DNA of 64,000 bases from Candidatus Limnocylindrales bacterium (GTDB taxonomy: Bacteria > Chloroflexota > Limnocylindria > Limnocylindrales > CSP1-4), in the NCBI GenBank assembly GCA_035693145.1, contig DASSHA010000161.1, forward strand, positions 12,310 to 76,309, read 5' to 3'. A program made the translations under genes and the position numbers. Below, piece by piece: positions 40,077-48,263 of this stretch (its first letter is position 1; every line of letters begins with the position of its first letter). The notes beneath the pieces were generated by a model. The model saw only the letters and a program-made list of their open reading frames with translations, was not told where the DNA came from and did not search any database.

Positions 40077-41177
40077 GTGAGCCAGCTCGAGATCCAGCAG
40101 CTGCGCAAGACATTCGGCCACGTGGTCGCCGTCGACAACCTCGACCTGGAGATCGATCGCGGCGAGCTCGTCTCGCTCGTCGGTCCCAGCGGGTGTGGCA
40201 AGACGACCACGCTGCGGATGGTTGCCGGTCTCGCCGAGGCCGACCGTGGCCGCATCCTCCTCGAGGGCCGCGACGTCACCCACGACCCCGCAAGCCGGCG
40301 AGGCATGGGCGTCGTCTTCCAGTCCTACGCCCTGTTCCCGAACATGACCGCGGCCGAGAACATCGCCTACGGGCTGGTCGTCCGGAAGCGCAAGTCGTCC
40401 GACGTCAAGCGAAAGGTCGCGGAGCTCGTCGAGCTGATCCAGATCGGCGACGGGGCCGAGCGGTACCCGCACCAGCTGTCCGGCGGCCAGCAGCAGCGGG
40501 TCGCCCTCGCCCGTGCGCTCGCCATCGAGCCACCCGTCCTGCTGCTCGACGAGCCCCTGTCCGCCCTCGACGCGGCCGTGCGCCTGACCCTTCGACTCGA
40601 GATCCGGCGCATCCAGCGCAGCCTCGGGATCGCGACGATGTACATCACCCACGACCAGGAGGAGGCGCTGTCGATCTCCGACCGGGTCGCGGTCATGCGC
40701 GACGGCCGCGTGGAGCAGCTCGGCACGCCCGAGGAGATCTACACGACGCCGGCGAACGACTACGTTGCCCGCTTCGTCGGCACGTCGAACAGGCTGCCCG
40801 TCCGGGTCCTCGACGGTGACGGATCGCTCGTCGAGTGGCAGGGCCGGCAGGTGGTGATCGCACCCAACGACCGGTTCCCGTCGGGCAGCACCGCGGCGAT
40901 GGTCGTCCGTCCGGAGCGCATCCACGTCAGCCCGCGGATGAACGGCGGCGACGCGGGCAGCTGGCCCGGGACGGTGGTCGAACGGACCTTCCTCGGCGCC
41001 GTTACCCGGTTCACGGTTCGCGTCGGCGAGGAACTCCTGCTGGCCGACGTTCCCGGCGAGGCGACCGCCGCCGTTCGCCTCACGATCAACGATCCCGTCG
41101 CGGTCGCGTTCGAGCCCGGTGGCGGCCGCCTCATCCCGCTCTCTGCCTCCTCCCCGGTCGACGTCGCGACGGCATGA
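40077..41177 (+). CDS. ABC transporter ATP-binding protein (PotA/MalK-like), probable partner of the divergent SBP and permease genes
   Basis: Walker A GPSGCGKTT, signature LSGGQQQRVALARAL and Walker B LLLDEP. GTG 40077 has GGGGAG 7 nt upstream. The listed ORF begins at 40041. Confidence 0.9.
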   Translation: MSQLEIQQLRKTFGHVVAVDNLDLEIDRGELVSLVGPSGCGKTTTLRMVAGLAEADRGRILLEGRDVTHDPASRRGMGVVFQSYALFPNMTAAENIAYGLVVRKRKSSDVKRKVAELVELIQIGDGAERYPHQLSGGQQQRVALARALAIEPPVLLLDEPLSALDAAVRLTLRLEIRRIQRSLGIATMYITHDQEEALSISDRVAVMRDGRVEQLGTPEEIYTTPANDYVARFVGTSNRLPVRVLDGDGSLVEWQGRQVVIAPNDRFPSGSTAAMVVRPERIHVSPRMNGGDAGSWPGTVVERTFLGAVTRFTVRVGEELLLADVPGEATAAVRLTINDPVAVAFEPGGGRLIPLSASSPVDVATA

Positions 41178-41974
41178 CCCGGCGGGAGGGCAGCGCGCCG
41201 CGGCGCTCCCCGCTGGTGATCGCCCATCGCGGCCAGCGGGCGAGCTTCCCCGAGCAGACGCTCGAGGCGTACGAGGCCGCGATCCGCCTCGGCGCGGAAG
41301 CGATCGAGACGGACGTCCAGCGCACGCGAGACGGCCGGCTGGCGATGATGCACGACCTCACGCTCGACCGGACGACGAACGGCCGCGGCCCGATCGCGGA
41401 TCTCGACTGGGCCGCCGTTCGAGCGCTCGACGCGGGCAGCTGGTTCGGCGCGGGGTTCGGCGGTTGCCGGGTCCCGTCGCTCGACGAGACGATCGACCTC
41501 GTGGTCGGCGCCGGATGCGGGCTCTGCGTCGAGATCAAGGGCTCGGCCGCGGACGCACCGACGACCGCCACCGCGGTCGCGCGACTGCTGCGCGAGCGTG
41601 CCGTGCTCGACCGGGTCTACGTCTCGTCGTTCGACCACCTCGCGCTGGCGGCGGCGAGGGCCGAGGTCGACGGCCTGCTCCTCGCCCCCGAGCGCCTGCC
41701 CGAGGCCGGCCCGTCGGACCCGCCGGCCGCGGCGGCGCAGGCGGTCGCGCTCGGCGCGGCCGCGCTCCAGCACCGCTGGGAGGACCTGACGCCTGACGTC
41801 GTCGACGCCGTCCACGCCGTCGGCACGGCGGTCTGGGCCTGGCCGATCGACACGCTCGAGTCGATCCGACACAGCGTCGCGGTCGGAGCCGATGCGATCA
41901 TCGGCGACGACGTCGTGCTGCTCGTCGCAGGTCTCCGCGGATCCGTCCCGCCGGCCACCTCCGTCCCGTCGTGA
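41174..41974 (+). CDS. glycerophosphodiester phosphodiesterase (GDPD family), copy 2
   Basis: Carries PLVIAHRGQRASFPEQTLEAYEAAIRLGAEAIETDVQRTRDGRLAMMHDLTLDRTT. ATG 41174 overlaps the ATPase stop (ATGA). Confidence 0.9.
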   Translation: MTRREGSAPRRSPLVIAHRGQRASFPEQTLEAYEAAIRLGAEAIETDVQRTRDGRLAMMHDLTLDRTTNGRGPIADLDWAAVRALDAGSWFGAGFGGCRVPSLDETIDLVVGAGCGLCVEIKGSAADAPTTATAVARLLRERAVLDRVYVSSFDHLALAAARAEVDGLLLAPERLPEAGPSDPPAAAAQAVALGAAALQHRWEDLTPDVVDAVHAVGTAVWAWPIDTLESIRHSVAVGADAIIGDDVVLLVAGLRGSVPPATSVPS

Positions 41975-42783
41975 CGAGGACCCGGCAGGCGGCCGATCCG
42001 CCGCTCGTCGTCCTCGTCGACTTCGACGGCACGATCGCCCGACTCGACCTGAGCGACGAGGTCATGCGGCGCTATGCCGATGTCGCGGCCTGGACGCCGC
42101 TCGAAGCCGCGTACCTGGATGGCCGGATCGGGTCTCGCACGCTGCTCAGCCGCCAGGCAGCACTCCTGGGCGGCGAGACCGAGCGGATCGCCGGCATGGT
42201 CGAGGGCGAGGAGCTCGATCCGGAGTTCCGACCGTTCGTCGACGAGCTCCGCGAGCGCCGCGTGAGCGTCGAGGTCGTGAGCGACGGCTTCGGGTTCTTC
42301 GTCCGCCCGTCGCTCGAGCGTGTCGGCCTCGGCGATCTCCCGGTCTTCACCGCCAGGACGTCATTCCCGGCCGGCGTCGTGAGCATCGACTTCCCCGCCG
42401 GGCATCCGCGCTGTCGCGTCTGCGGGACGTGCAAGCGCGAGCGAATCCTCGCCCACCAGGCGGCGGGCCGGTTCACGATCTTCGTCGGCGACGGGTTCAG
42501 CGATCTCTACGCCGCCGCCCACGCGGATCTCGTCTTCGCGAAGGACCATCTCGCGGCCCTGTGCGCGGATCGCGACTGGCCGTACGAAGCCTGGACCACG
42601 TTCGCCGACATCCGCCTGGTGGTTGCGGAGCTCCTCGAGCGTGGCGTTCCGGAGCCGCGGCTCCGGCCGTTCGTCTGCGGCCCCGAGGTCTGGCCGCCCG
42701 GGACGGGCGAGCCGCTCTGGGACCGCCCACCGGCGCCCCGACCGCTCGACGCGGCGCCCCGACCGCTCGACGCGGCGCGCTGA
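41971..42783 (+). CDS. HAD-IB phosphatase, MtnX-like (2-hydroxy-3-keto-5-methylthiopentenyl-1-phosphate phosphatase family)
   Basis: Carries VLVDFDGTI, the Cys cluster CRVCGTCKRE, and FVGDGFSDLYAAAHADLVFAKDHL. This layout matches my recollection of Bacillus MtnX. GTG 41971 overlaps the GDPD stop (GTGA). Confidence 0.75.
   Translation: MTRTRQAADPPLVVLVDFDGTIARLDLSDEVMRRYADVAAWTPLEAAYLDGRIGSRTLLSRQAALLGGETERIAGMVEGEELDPEFRPFVDELRERRVSVEVVSDGFGFFVRPSLERVGLGDLPVFTARTSFPAGVVSIDFPAGHPRCRVCGTCKRERILAHQAAGRFTIFVGDGFSDLYAAAHADLVFAKDHLAALCADRDWPYEAWTTFADIRLVVAELLERGVPEPRLRPFVCGPEVWPPGTGEPLWDRPPAPRPLDAAPRPLDAAR
42731..42772 (+). repeat. perfect 21-bp tandem duplication, in frame, in the HAD phosphatase C-terminus
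   Basis: CGGCGCCCCGACCGCTCGACG appears twice (42731-42751 and 42752-42772), followed by a partial third copy CGGCGC. It encodes ...APRPLDAAPRPLDAAR. Confidence 0.9.
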
Positions 42784-42789
42784 CCGCGT

Positions 42790-42808
42790 GGGCAGGCGGG
42801 ACCTGCCC
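42790..42808. terminator. GC hairpin between convergent genes (GGGCAGG-CGGGA-CCTGCCC), a possible bidirectional terminator
   Basis: 7-bp stem with a 5-nt loop in the 39-nt convergent spacer between 42783 and 42823. No U-tract. Confidence 0.35.
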
Positions 42809-42822
42809 GCTGGTCGTGTCGG

Positions 42823-43323
42823 TCAACCGGCCCCCGTCGACAGGCGCTGCTCCAGCCGGTCGATCTTGGCGACCTTGCGCGTCGACGCGCCGCCCGCGAA
42901 CTCGGACTCGAGCCAGGCGTGCACGACGGTCTTGGCCGACTCCGGCCCGATCACCCGCGCGCCGAGCGTGAGGATCTGGGCGTCGTTGCTCTTCCGGGCA
43001 CGCTCGGCCGAGTAGACATCGTGCGCGAGAGCGGCCCGAACGCCGGGCACCTTGTTCGCCGCGATCGCCATCCCGATCCCCGTCCCGCAGATGAGGATGC
43101 CCCGATCCGACAGGCCATCGCGGATGGCGCACGCGACGCGCTCGGCGACGTCGGGGTAGTCGATCTCGCTGCCGTCGACCGAGCGGTCGGTCGCCCCGTC
43201 CAGCTCGTCGGGCCGAAACGTCCGGACGTCGTGGCCCATGGCCACGAGGTCGGCGGCAATGACGTCGAGAAGCTCCACGCCGGCGTCGTCGGCGCCGATG
43301 AGGATCGGGTGCAGCGTCGCCAT
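42823..43323 (-). CDS. rpiB: RpiB/LacA/LacB family sugar-phosphate isomerase
   Basis: Begins MATLHPILIGADDAGVELL and carries GILICGTGIGMAIAANKVPGVRAAL. ATG 43323 lies 1 nt after the TIM-paralogue stop. The upstream part of the listed ORF is junk. Confidence 0.85.
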   Translation of the reverse strand: MATLHPILIGADDAGVELLDVIAADLVAMGHDVRTFRPDELDGATDRSVDGSEIDYPDVAERVACAIRDGLSDRGILICGTGIGMAIAANKVPGVRAALAHDVYSAERARKSNDAQILTLGARVIGPESAKTVVHAWLESEFAGGASTRKVAKIDRLEQRLSTGAG

Positions 43324-43324
43324 G

Positions 43325-44113
43325 TCAGGCGCTCCTCTCGTGCATTCGTGTGGTGAGTGGGTCGTGCGGGATCGGCGACGCGGCGATCGACGCGAAGCGG
43401 CGGGGATCGAGCGCAGCCCGCCCGACGAACAGACCGGCCACCGCCGGAATGGCCAGGAGATCGACCGTGCTCGCCTCGTCGACGCTGCCGCCGTAGACCA
43501 CACGGCGGACCGTCGCGCCGCGGTCGGCGAGCCAGCGGTCGATGGCGGCGTGGACCCGCTCGACGTGGTCGGGAGCCGCGGGCGTGGCCCCCTCCCCGAT
43601 GGCCCAGACGGGCTCATAGGCGACGATCACGCGGTCCAGGTCAGCTGGGGCGAGCGTGCCGAGCGCCCCGACGAGCTGCCGCTCGACGACCCGGCGCGCC
43701 TGACCAGCGGGTCCCTCCGTGCGCTCACCGATGCAGACCACGGGGATGAGGTCCCAGCGCAGGGCCGCGCCAACCTTCGCGCGAATGACCGCGTCCGACT
43801 CGGCGTGGTCGCGTCGTCGCTCGGAGTGTCCGACCTCGGCGTAGCGGCAGCCGAGGTCGGCGAGCATCGGCGCGGAGACGTCGCCGGTGTGTGCGCCGGC
43901 ATCCTCGGGATGGACGTCCTGGCCGCCGAACCCGATGCGCGAACCGGCGAGGGCCTGCCGGGCGACGAAGAGCGCCGGGAACGGCGGCAGCACGAAGAGA
44001 TCGCGCGTCGCGGTCAACGGGTCGAGGAGGGGCCGCGCCTCGGCGAACCAGCGCGCGGCCTCGCTCGGGGTCAGGTTCATCTTCCAGCTGGTGCCGATCA
44101 CGGGGCGCGTCAC
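43325..44113 (-). CDS. triosephosphate isomerase family protein (operon-embedded paralogue)
   Basis: Carries IGTSWKMN, AEVGHSERR, VVCIGE, AYEPVWAIGEG and VYGGSV. GTG 44113 overlaps the RLP stop (GTGA). The listed 818-aa ORF is a frame artefact upstream of this point. Confidence 0.85.
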   Translation of the reverse strand: MTRPVIGTSWKMNLTPSEAARWFAEARPLLDPLTATRDLFVLPPFPALFVARQALAGSRIGFGGQDVHPEDAGAHTGDVSAPMLADLGCRYAEVGHSERRRDHAESDAVIRAKVGAALRWDLIPVVCIGERTEGPAGQARRVVERQLVGALGTLAPADLDRVIVAYEPVWAIGEGATPAAPDHVERVHAAIDRWLADRGATVRRVVYGGSVDEASTVDLLAIPAVAGLFVGRAALDPRRFASIAASPIPHDPLTTRMHERSA

Positions 44114-45375
44114 GCGGTGCCCCGCCCGCCTCCGGCGCGCATCGTCCGGTCGGCGTCGCCGTGCCGGAGCACGGCCTCGGCAATGGCCGCCTGGATCGCT
44201 CGTCCGCCCGCGGCCGCACCGTCGGGGTGACCCTGGATCGCGCCGCCCACGGCCACGATGACGTCGCACCCGAGAGCCGCGACGAGCTGGTCGACGTGAT
44301 CGGCCGTGATCCCGCCGCCGGCCATCGGCATCGTGGCCGCGACGCGCCCACCGGCAACGGGCTCGCGCAGACCCGCGATCGTGGCACGGTAGGCCCCGTC
44401 CGACAGCGGTCGTGGCGCGTGTGGCGTGCTGGTGAGCACCGCATCGGCGCCCGCGAGCCGGAGGATCCGCGCCAGCGCCCCGTGAGCGATCCCACCCTCG
44501 GCCGCGCCTGTCCACGTCTCGATGCCCGCGACATGGGCGAGGATCGGGACGCCGGCCGCGGCTGCCAGCTCGGCAAGCGCGTCCAGCCCGAGGGTCAGCG
44601 GCGTCACCATGACGGCGGCGGCGCCGGCCTCGACGGCGGCACGCGCGGTCGCCGTCAGGCGGCTCGGCGTCGTGGTCACGTGGGCGACGTAACGCGTCCG
44701 GTGTCCGGTCGTCGCGGCGACGGCATCGATCGCGGCGACGTACGCCCTCGTCCGGTCGGCAACCCGCGAGAAGCCGGGGTCCGCGAGCAGCTCGTCGTCC
44801 TTGATCAGGTCGACACCGCCCCGTGCGCTCTCGGCCGCGAACTCGGCCCCGACCTCCGGCGGAAAGCCGGTGCACGGCTTGATCATGTTCAGCAGCAGCG
44901 GCCGGTCGTCGATGCCCGTGATCGCCCGCCAGCCCGCGACGCCGAAACGCGGTCCGGGGAAGCCGTCGACGAACCGGGCAGGAACGTCGACGCCGACGAC
45001 GTGCATCGCGATCGAGGTCGACGGGTCGTTGCCGATCGTGGTCGTGAGCAGCATCGCGAGCGATTCGCCGAGGTTGGCGAGCGGGAAGGCGACGGCCAGC
45101 AGCCAGCGGCCGCGAGCCGGGACGCCGGCGACCTCCTCGTCGCGCTCGGTCCGCCGGAGCTGCACCACTCGGGCGCCGTGCCGACGCCGCATCTCGTCGG
45201 TGATGCCGGGGACCGTCTTCCACGTCCCGAGGCTCTGGCCGAGGGCGAACGCGTCGGCGGCGGCGATTGCCGCGCTCTCGTCGGCGGGCAGCCCGGCGAG
45301 ATAGGTCACGACGACGTCCTCTCGCGGCTCGGGCCCCGCGATCGGCGGCCGACGCTGTGCCGAACCGTCGGTCAT
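44110..45375 (-). CDS. RuBisCO large-subunit-like protein (form IV RLP)
   Basis: Carries DRPLLLNMIKPCTG (K175 loop, with Cys at the K177 position), GGVDLIKDDE (K201/D203/E204 motif), PMAGGGIT and VGGAIQGHPDG. ATG 45375 overlaps the kinase stop (ATGA). Confidence 0.85.
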   Translation of the reverse strand: MTDGSAQRRPPIAGPEPREDVVVTYLAGLPADESAAIAAADAFALGQSLGTWKTVPGITDEMRRRHGARVVQLRRTERDEEVAGVPARGRWLLAVAFPLANLGESLAMLLTTTIGNDPSTSIAMHVVGVDVPARFVDGFPGPRFGVAGWRAITGIDDRPLLLNMIKPCTGFPPEVGAEFAAESARGGVDLIKDDELLADPGFSRVADRTRAYVAAIDAVAATTGHRTRYVAHVTTTPSRLTATARAAVEAGAAAVMVTPLTLGLDALAELAAAAGVPILAHVAGIETWTGAAEGGIAHGALARILRLAGADAVLTSTPHAPRPLSDGAYRATIAGLREPVAGGRVAATMPMAGGGITADHVDQLVAALGCDVIVAVGGAIQGHPDGAAAGGRAIQAAIAEAVLRHGDADRTMRAGGGRGTA

Positions 45376-46988
45376 GGCGCGACGGTCCTCGCCGGCTGTG
45401 GGCCGAGCGCAGTGGTCGCCGTCGGAAGGAGCGTCGACCGCGGAGCGATCGTCGCTGGCAGGGCGTCGACCTCGGCCGGGGCGGCGACCGGCTGGTCCAC
45501 GATGAACAGTGGCGCGAGCGCGGCATACAGCCGGCGGAACCGCTCGAAGCCGGCGTCCAGCCGGCCCCGGCGCTCGGGGTCGGGCACGAAGGTCCGCTCG
45601 ACGGCGACGATGTCACGGACGAACCGGAGGTCGCGCTGGGCGCCGATCCCGACGAGCGCGCACGCGGCCGCGCCCACCGCGGCGGCGTCCTGAGGCTGCC
45701 GGATGGATGCGATCGGTCGATCGAGGACGTCGGCGATGATCTGCGTCCAGGCCGCACCGATGAAGCCGCCGCCGACGCCACGCACCTCGCCGATGGGCGT
45801 GCCGAAGGCGGCGCCGTACTCGAGGGCCCAGCGCATCTGGTACGCGACCCCCTCCATGAGTGCGCGCAGCAGATGGCCTCGTCGATGCCGCAGCCCGAGA
45901 CCGACGAACGCGCCGCGGACCCGGTCGTCGAAGACCGGCACCCGCTCCCCGCTCAGCCACGGGGCGAACACGAGGTCGTCCATCTCGTCGACGACGGCCC
46001 CGACCTCGGCGTCGAGACGCGCCAGCTCCGCAGCAGATGGGTCGCTGCCGTCGCCGAGTGCCCGGAGCAGCCAGGAAAGCGCGCCGCCGCCCGTCGCGAC
46101 CTCGAGCCAGAGGATCCAGTGCCGCGGATCGGCGTGACCGATGACCCCGAGCTGGCCGGCCGGATCCGCCACGGGCTGATCGACCGTGACGCCGAAGTAG
46201 ACGGCCGTGCCGAGGCTGACGTGCGCGTCGCCGGGGTCGGTCGCGCCGGCACCGAGCTGGCTCGCCGGAACGTCACCCGTTCCGACGACGACCGGGATCC
46301 CGCTGCGTAACCCGAGGCGGCGCGCGACCGAGGGCTGCAGCTGGCCGGCGATCGCGGTCGCCGGCTCCACGGCGGGGAGGCGCTCGATCGGCACGCCCGC
46401 CGCCGCGCAGGCCTCCGCGGACCAGCGCCGTTCGATCGGATCGTAGAGCCGGAAGGCGAGGGCGCCGGCGGGGTCGATGACGGCGCGGCCCGTGAGTCGG
46501 AGGACGATCGCCTCCTTGCAGTCGAGCAGCCAGCGGGTCCTGTCCCATGCGTCCGGCCGGCGGTCGCGGAGCCACTCGATCTTCGGGACGACGTCCTTGG
46601 CCGTGATGATCGAGCCGAACAAGCGTGTCTGGGCACGCCGGTCGAGCCGATGAGCCAGCGCCTCGGCTTCGCGGACGGCGCGCTGATCGAGCCAGCTGAG
46701 CATCGGGATCGTCTGGCCGCCGGCCGCGTCGACCGGCGCCAGGTCGAACATCTGCGCGGTCAGCCCGATCGCCTCGACGTCGCCCGCGCTGGCCCCACCG
46801 GCGCCGAACAGCTCGAGCGTCGCCGCCTCGATCGCTCGCTCGATCTCGTCCAGATCCTGGTGGACCGCGCCGTCCTCGCCGGTGACGAGTTGATAGTCGC
46901 GCCGGGCAGAGCGGACGATCCGACCGTCGCGGCCGACGACGACCGCCTTGACCCCGCTCGTCCCGATGTCCCAGGCGAGAACCGTCAC
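45372..46988 (-). CDS. FGGY family carbohydrate kinase
   Basis: Begins VTVLAWDIGTSGVKAVVV, then GLTAQMF, VVVGTGDVPASQLGAG and GVGGGFIGAAWTQIIADVL. GTG 46988 overlaps the aminotransferase stop (GTGA). Confidence 0.85.
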   Translation of the reverse strand: MTVLAWDIGTSGVKAVVVGRDGRIVRSARRDYQLVTGEDGAVHQDLDEIERAIEAATLELFGAGGASAGDVEAIGLTAQMFDLAPVDAAGGQTIPMLSWLDQRAVREAEALAHRLDRRAQTRLFGSIITAKDVVPKIEWLRDRRPDAWDRTRWLLDCKEAIVLRLTGRAVIDPAGALAFRLYDPIERRWSAEACAAAGVPIERLPAVEPATAIAGQLQPSVARRLGLRSGIPVVVGTGDVPASQLGAGATDPGDAHVSLGTAVYFGVTVDQPVADPAGQLGVIGHADPRHWILWLEVATGGGALSWLLRALGDGSDPSAAELARLDAEVGAVVDEMDDLVFAPWLSGERVPVFDDRVRGAFVGLGLRHRRGHLLRALMEGVAYQMRWALEYGAAFGTPIGEVRGVGGGFIGAAWTQIIADVLDRPIASIRQPQDAAAVGAAACALVGIGAQRDLRFVRDIVAVERTFVPDPERRGRLDAGFERFRRLYAALAPLFIVDQPVAAPAEVDALPATIAPRSTLLPTATTALGPQPARTVAP

Positions 46989-48199
46989 GACGTCACCGCG
47001 GTGGGCAGTCGCGCGGCCGGGGCGGCGGCATCGCCGTCGCCGGCGTTCGCGCCCGGGGCGAGGTGCGTCATCGCCCCGCCCGTGTCCGCCGGGGCGGGGA
47101 CGTACGGACCGCCGGCGATCGCCCGCCCGAAGACATCGATGAAGCGATCGTTCTGGTCGACCGTCCCGATCGTGACCCGCACGAAGGCGTCCTGCAGGCG
47201 ATGGGCCGTCATCGCCCGCAGCAGCATGCTCTCGCGGCGCGCGAACTCGACGATCTCGCCGCTCGTCCGGCCCGTTCCGGACACGTCGATGAGGATGAAG
47301 TTGCCCTCCGACGGAAACGGGCGCACGCCGTCCATCCCGAGGAGCGCGGCCATCACCCGCTCCCGCTCGCTCGAGATGAACGACCGGCGCTCTTCGAGCT
47401 CCTCCGGGTGCTCCATCGCCGCGAGTCCCGCCCGGAGCGCGACCAGGCTGAGGCTGAACGGGATCCGAAGCCGGAGGAGGGCATCGACGAGCGTCGGCGA
47501 AGCGATGCCGTAGCCGAGCCGCAGCGCGGCGAGCCCGAACGCCTTGGACATCGTCCGGGTGACGATGAGGTTCGGGTGCCGGGCGACGAGGTCCGCGAAC
47601 GAGGGCGACCGGCCGCACTCGAGATACGCCTGGTCGACGATCGTCGGTGCGCCCGTCCGAAGCACCCGTTCGAGGTCGGCCTCGGTCCAGCTGTTGCCGG
47701 TCGGGTTGTTCGGACTGCACAGGAAGATCGCCTTGGTCCGCTCGTTGACGGCGTCGACGATCGCATCGACGTCGAAGCCGAACTCCTCGGTCATCGGAAT
47801 GAGCAGGGGCTCACCTCCGTAGAGCCGGGTCTGCGACTCGAAGAAGGCGTACGTCGGCACCGAGATCACCACCTCGTCGCCGAACCCCACGAACGCCCGG
47901 GTGACGACGTCGAGCACCTCGGTCGAGCCGTTGCCGAGGATGACGCTCGAGGCGTCGACCCCGTTGAACGCCGCGATCGCATGGCGAAGGTCCTCGCCCG
48001 AGTTCGGATAGAAGTTCGAGATCTGGAGCGCCGCCGCCGCCGCGGCGATGACCGTCGGCGACGGCGGCAGCGGGCACTCGTTGGACATGAGCCGATCCAG
48101 CTCGCGGTGCCGCCAGGCGAAATCGTGATGCCGCGCGTCGTATGGCGACGCGGATGCGATGCCGGGCCGCAGGTAGTCCTCGATCGGGATGGGGCTCAT
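46985..48199 (-). CDS. class I/II PLP aminotransferase, HisC-like (histidinol-phosphate aminotransferase / CobD family)
   Basis: Carries MSNECPLPPSP, LCSPNNPTGN, and TRTMSKAFGLAALRLGY with the PLP lysine. GAGGAG lies upstream of the ATG. Confidence 0.85.
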   Translation of the reverse strand: MSPIPIEDYLRPGIASASPYDARHHDFAWRHRELDRLMSNECPLPPSPTVIAAAAAALQISNFYPNSGEDLRHAIAAFNGVDASSVILGNGSTEVLDVVTRAFVGFGDEVVISVPTYAFFESQTRLYGGEPLLIPMTEEFGFDVDAIVDAVNERTKAIFLCSPNNPTGNSWTEADLERVLRTGAPTIVDQAYLECGRSPSFADLVARHPNLIVTRTMSKAFGLAALRLGYGIASPTLVDALLRLRIPFSLSLVALRAGLAAMEHPEELEERRSFISSERERVMAALLGMDGVRPFPSEGNFILIDVSGTGRTSGEIVEFARRESMLLRAMTAHRLQDAFVRVTIGTVDQNDRFIDVFGRAIAGGPYVPAPADTGGAMTHLAPGANAGDGDAAAPAARLPTAVTS

Positions 48200-48218
48200 C
48201 GATCTCCTCGAGAAGGGC

Positions 48219-48246
48219 GGCCGCCCGGCTGGGGGTCCGGGCGGCC
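48219..48246 (-). other. intercistronic perfect 10-bp GC hairpin (GGCCGCCCGG-N8-CCGGGCGGCC)
   Basis: Read directly. It lies between the permease stop (48264) and the aminotransferase SD/ATG (48199). No clear U-tract. Confidence 0.4.
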
Positions 48247-48263
48247 TTGGGTCGGGATGCGGG

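Noticed and set aside
44110-45375. RLP considered as a bona fide CO2-fixing RuBisCO (Calvin cycle).
   Set aside because: No small-subunit, prk or cbb genes lie nearby. Position K177 is Cys, and by eye the His327/Lys334 loop-6 region is not conserved. The operon context is catabolic.
43325-47720. Listed ORFs 43325..45781 (818 aa) and 45372..47720 (782 aa), considered as giant fusion proteins.
   Set aside because: Only the C-terminal parts (TIM-like from GTG 44113, FGGY kinase from GTG 46988) look like real protein. The N-terminal parts are Arg-rich and overlap the real RLP and aminotransferase genes in other frames. The internal GTG starts overlap the upstream stops, which matches the pattern seen across the window.
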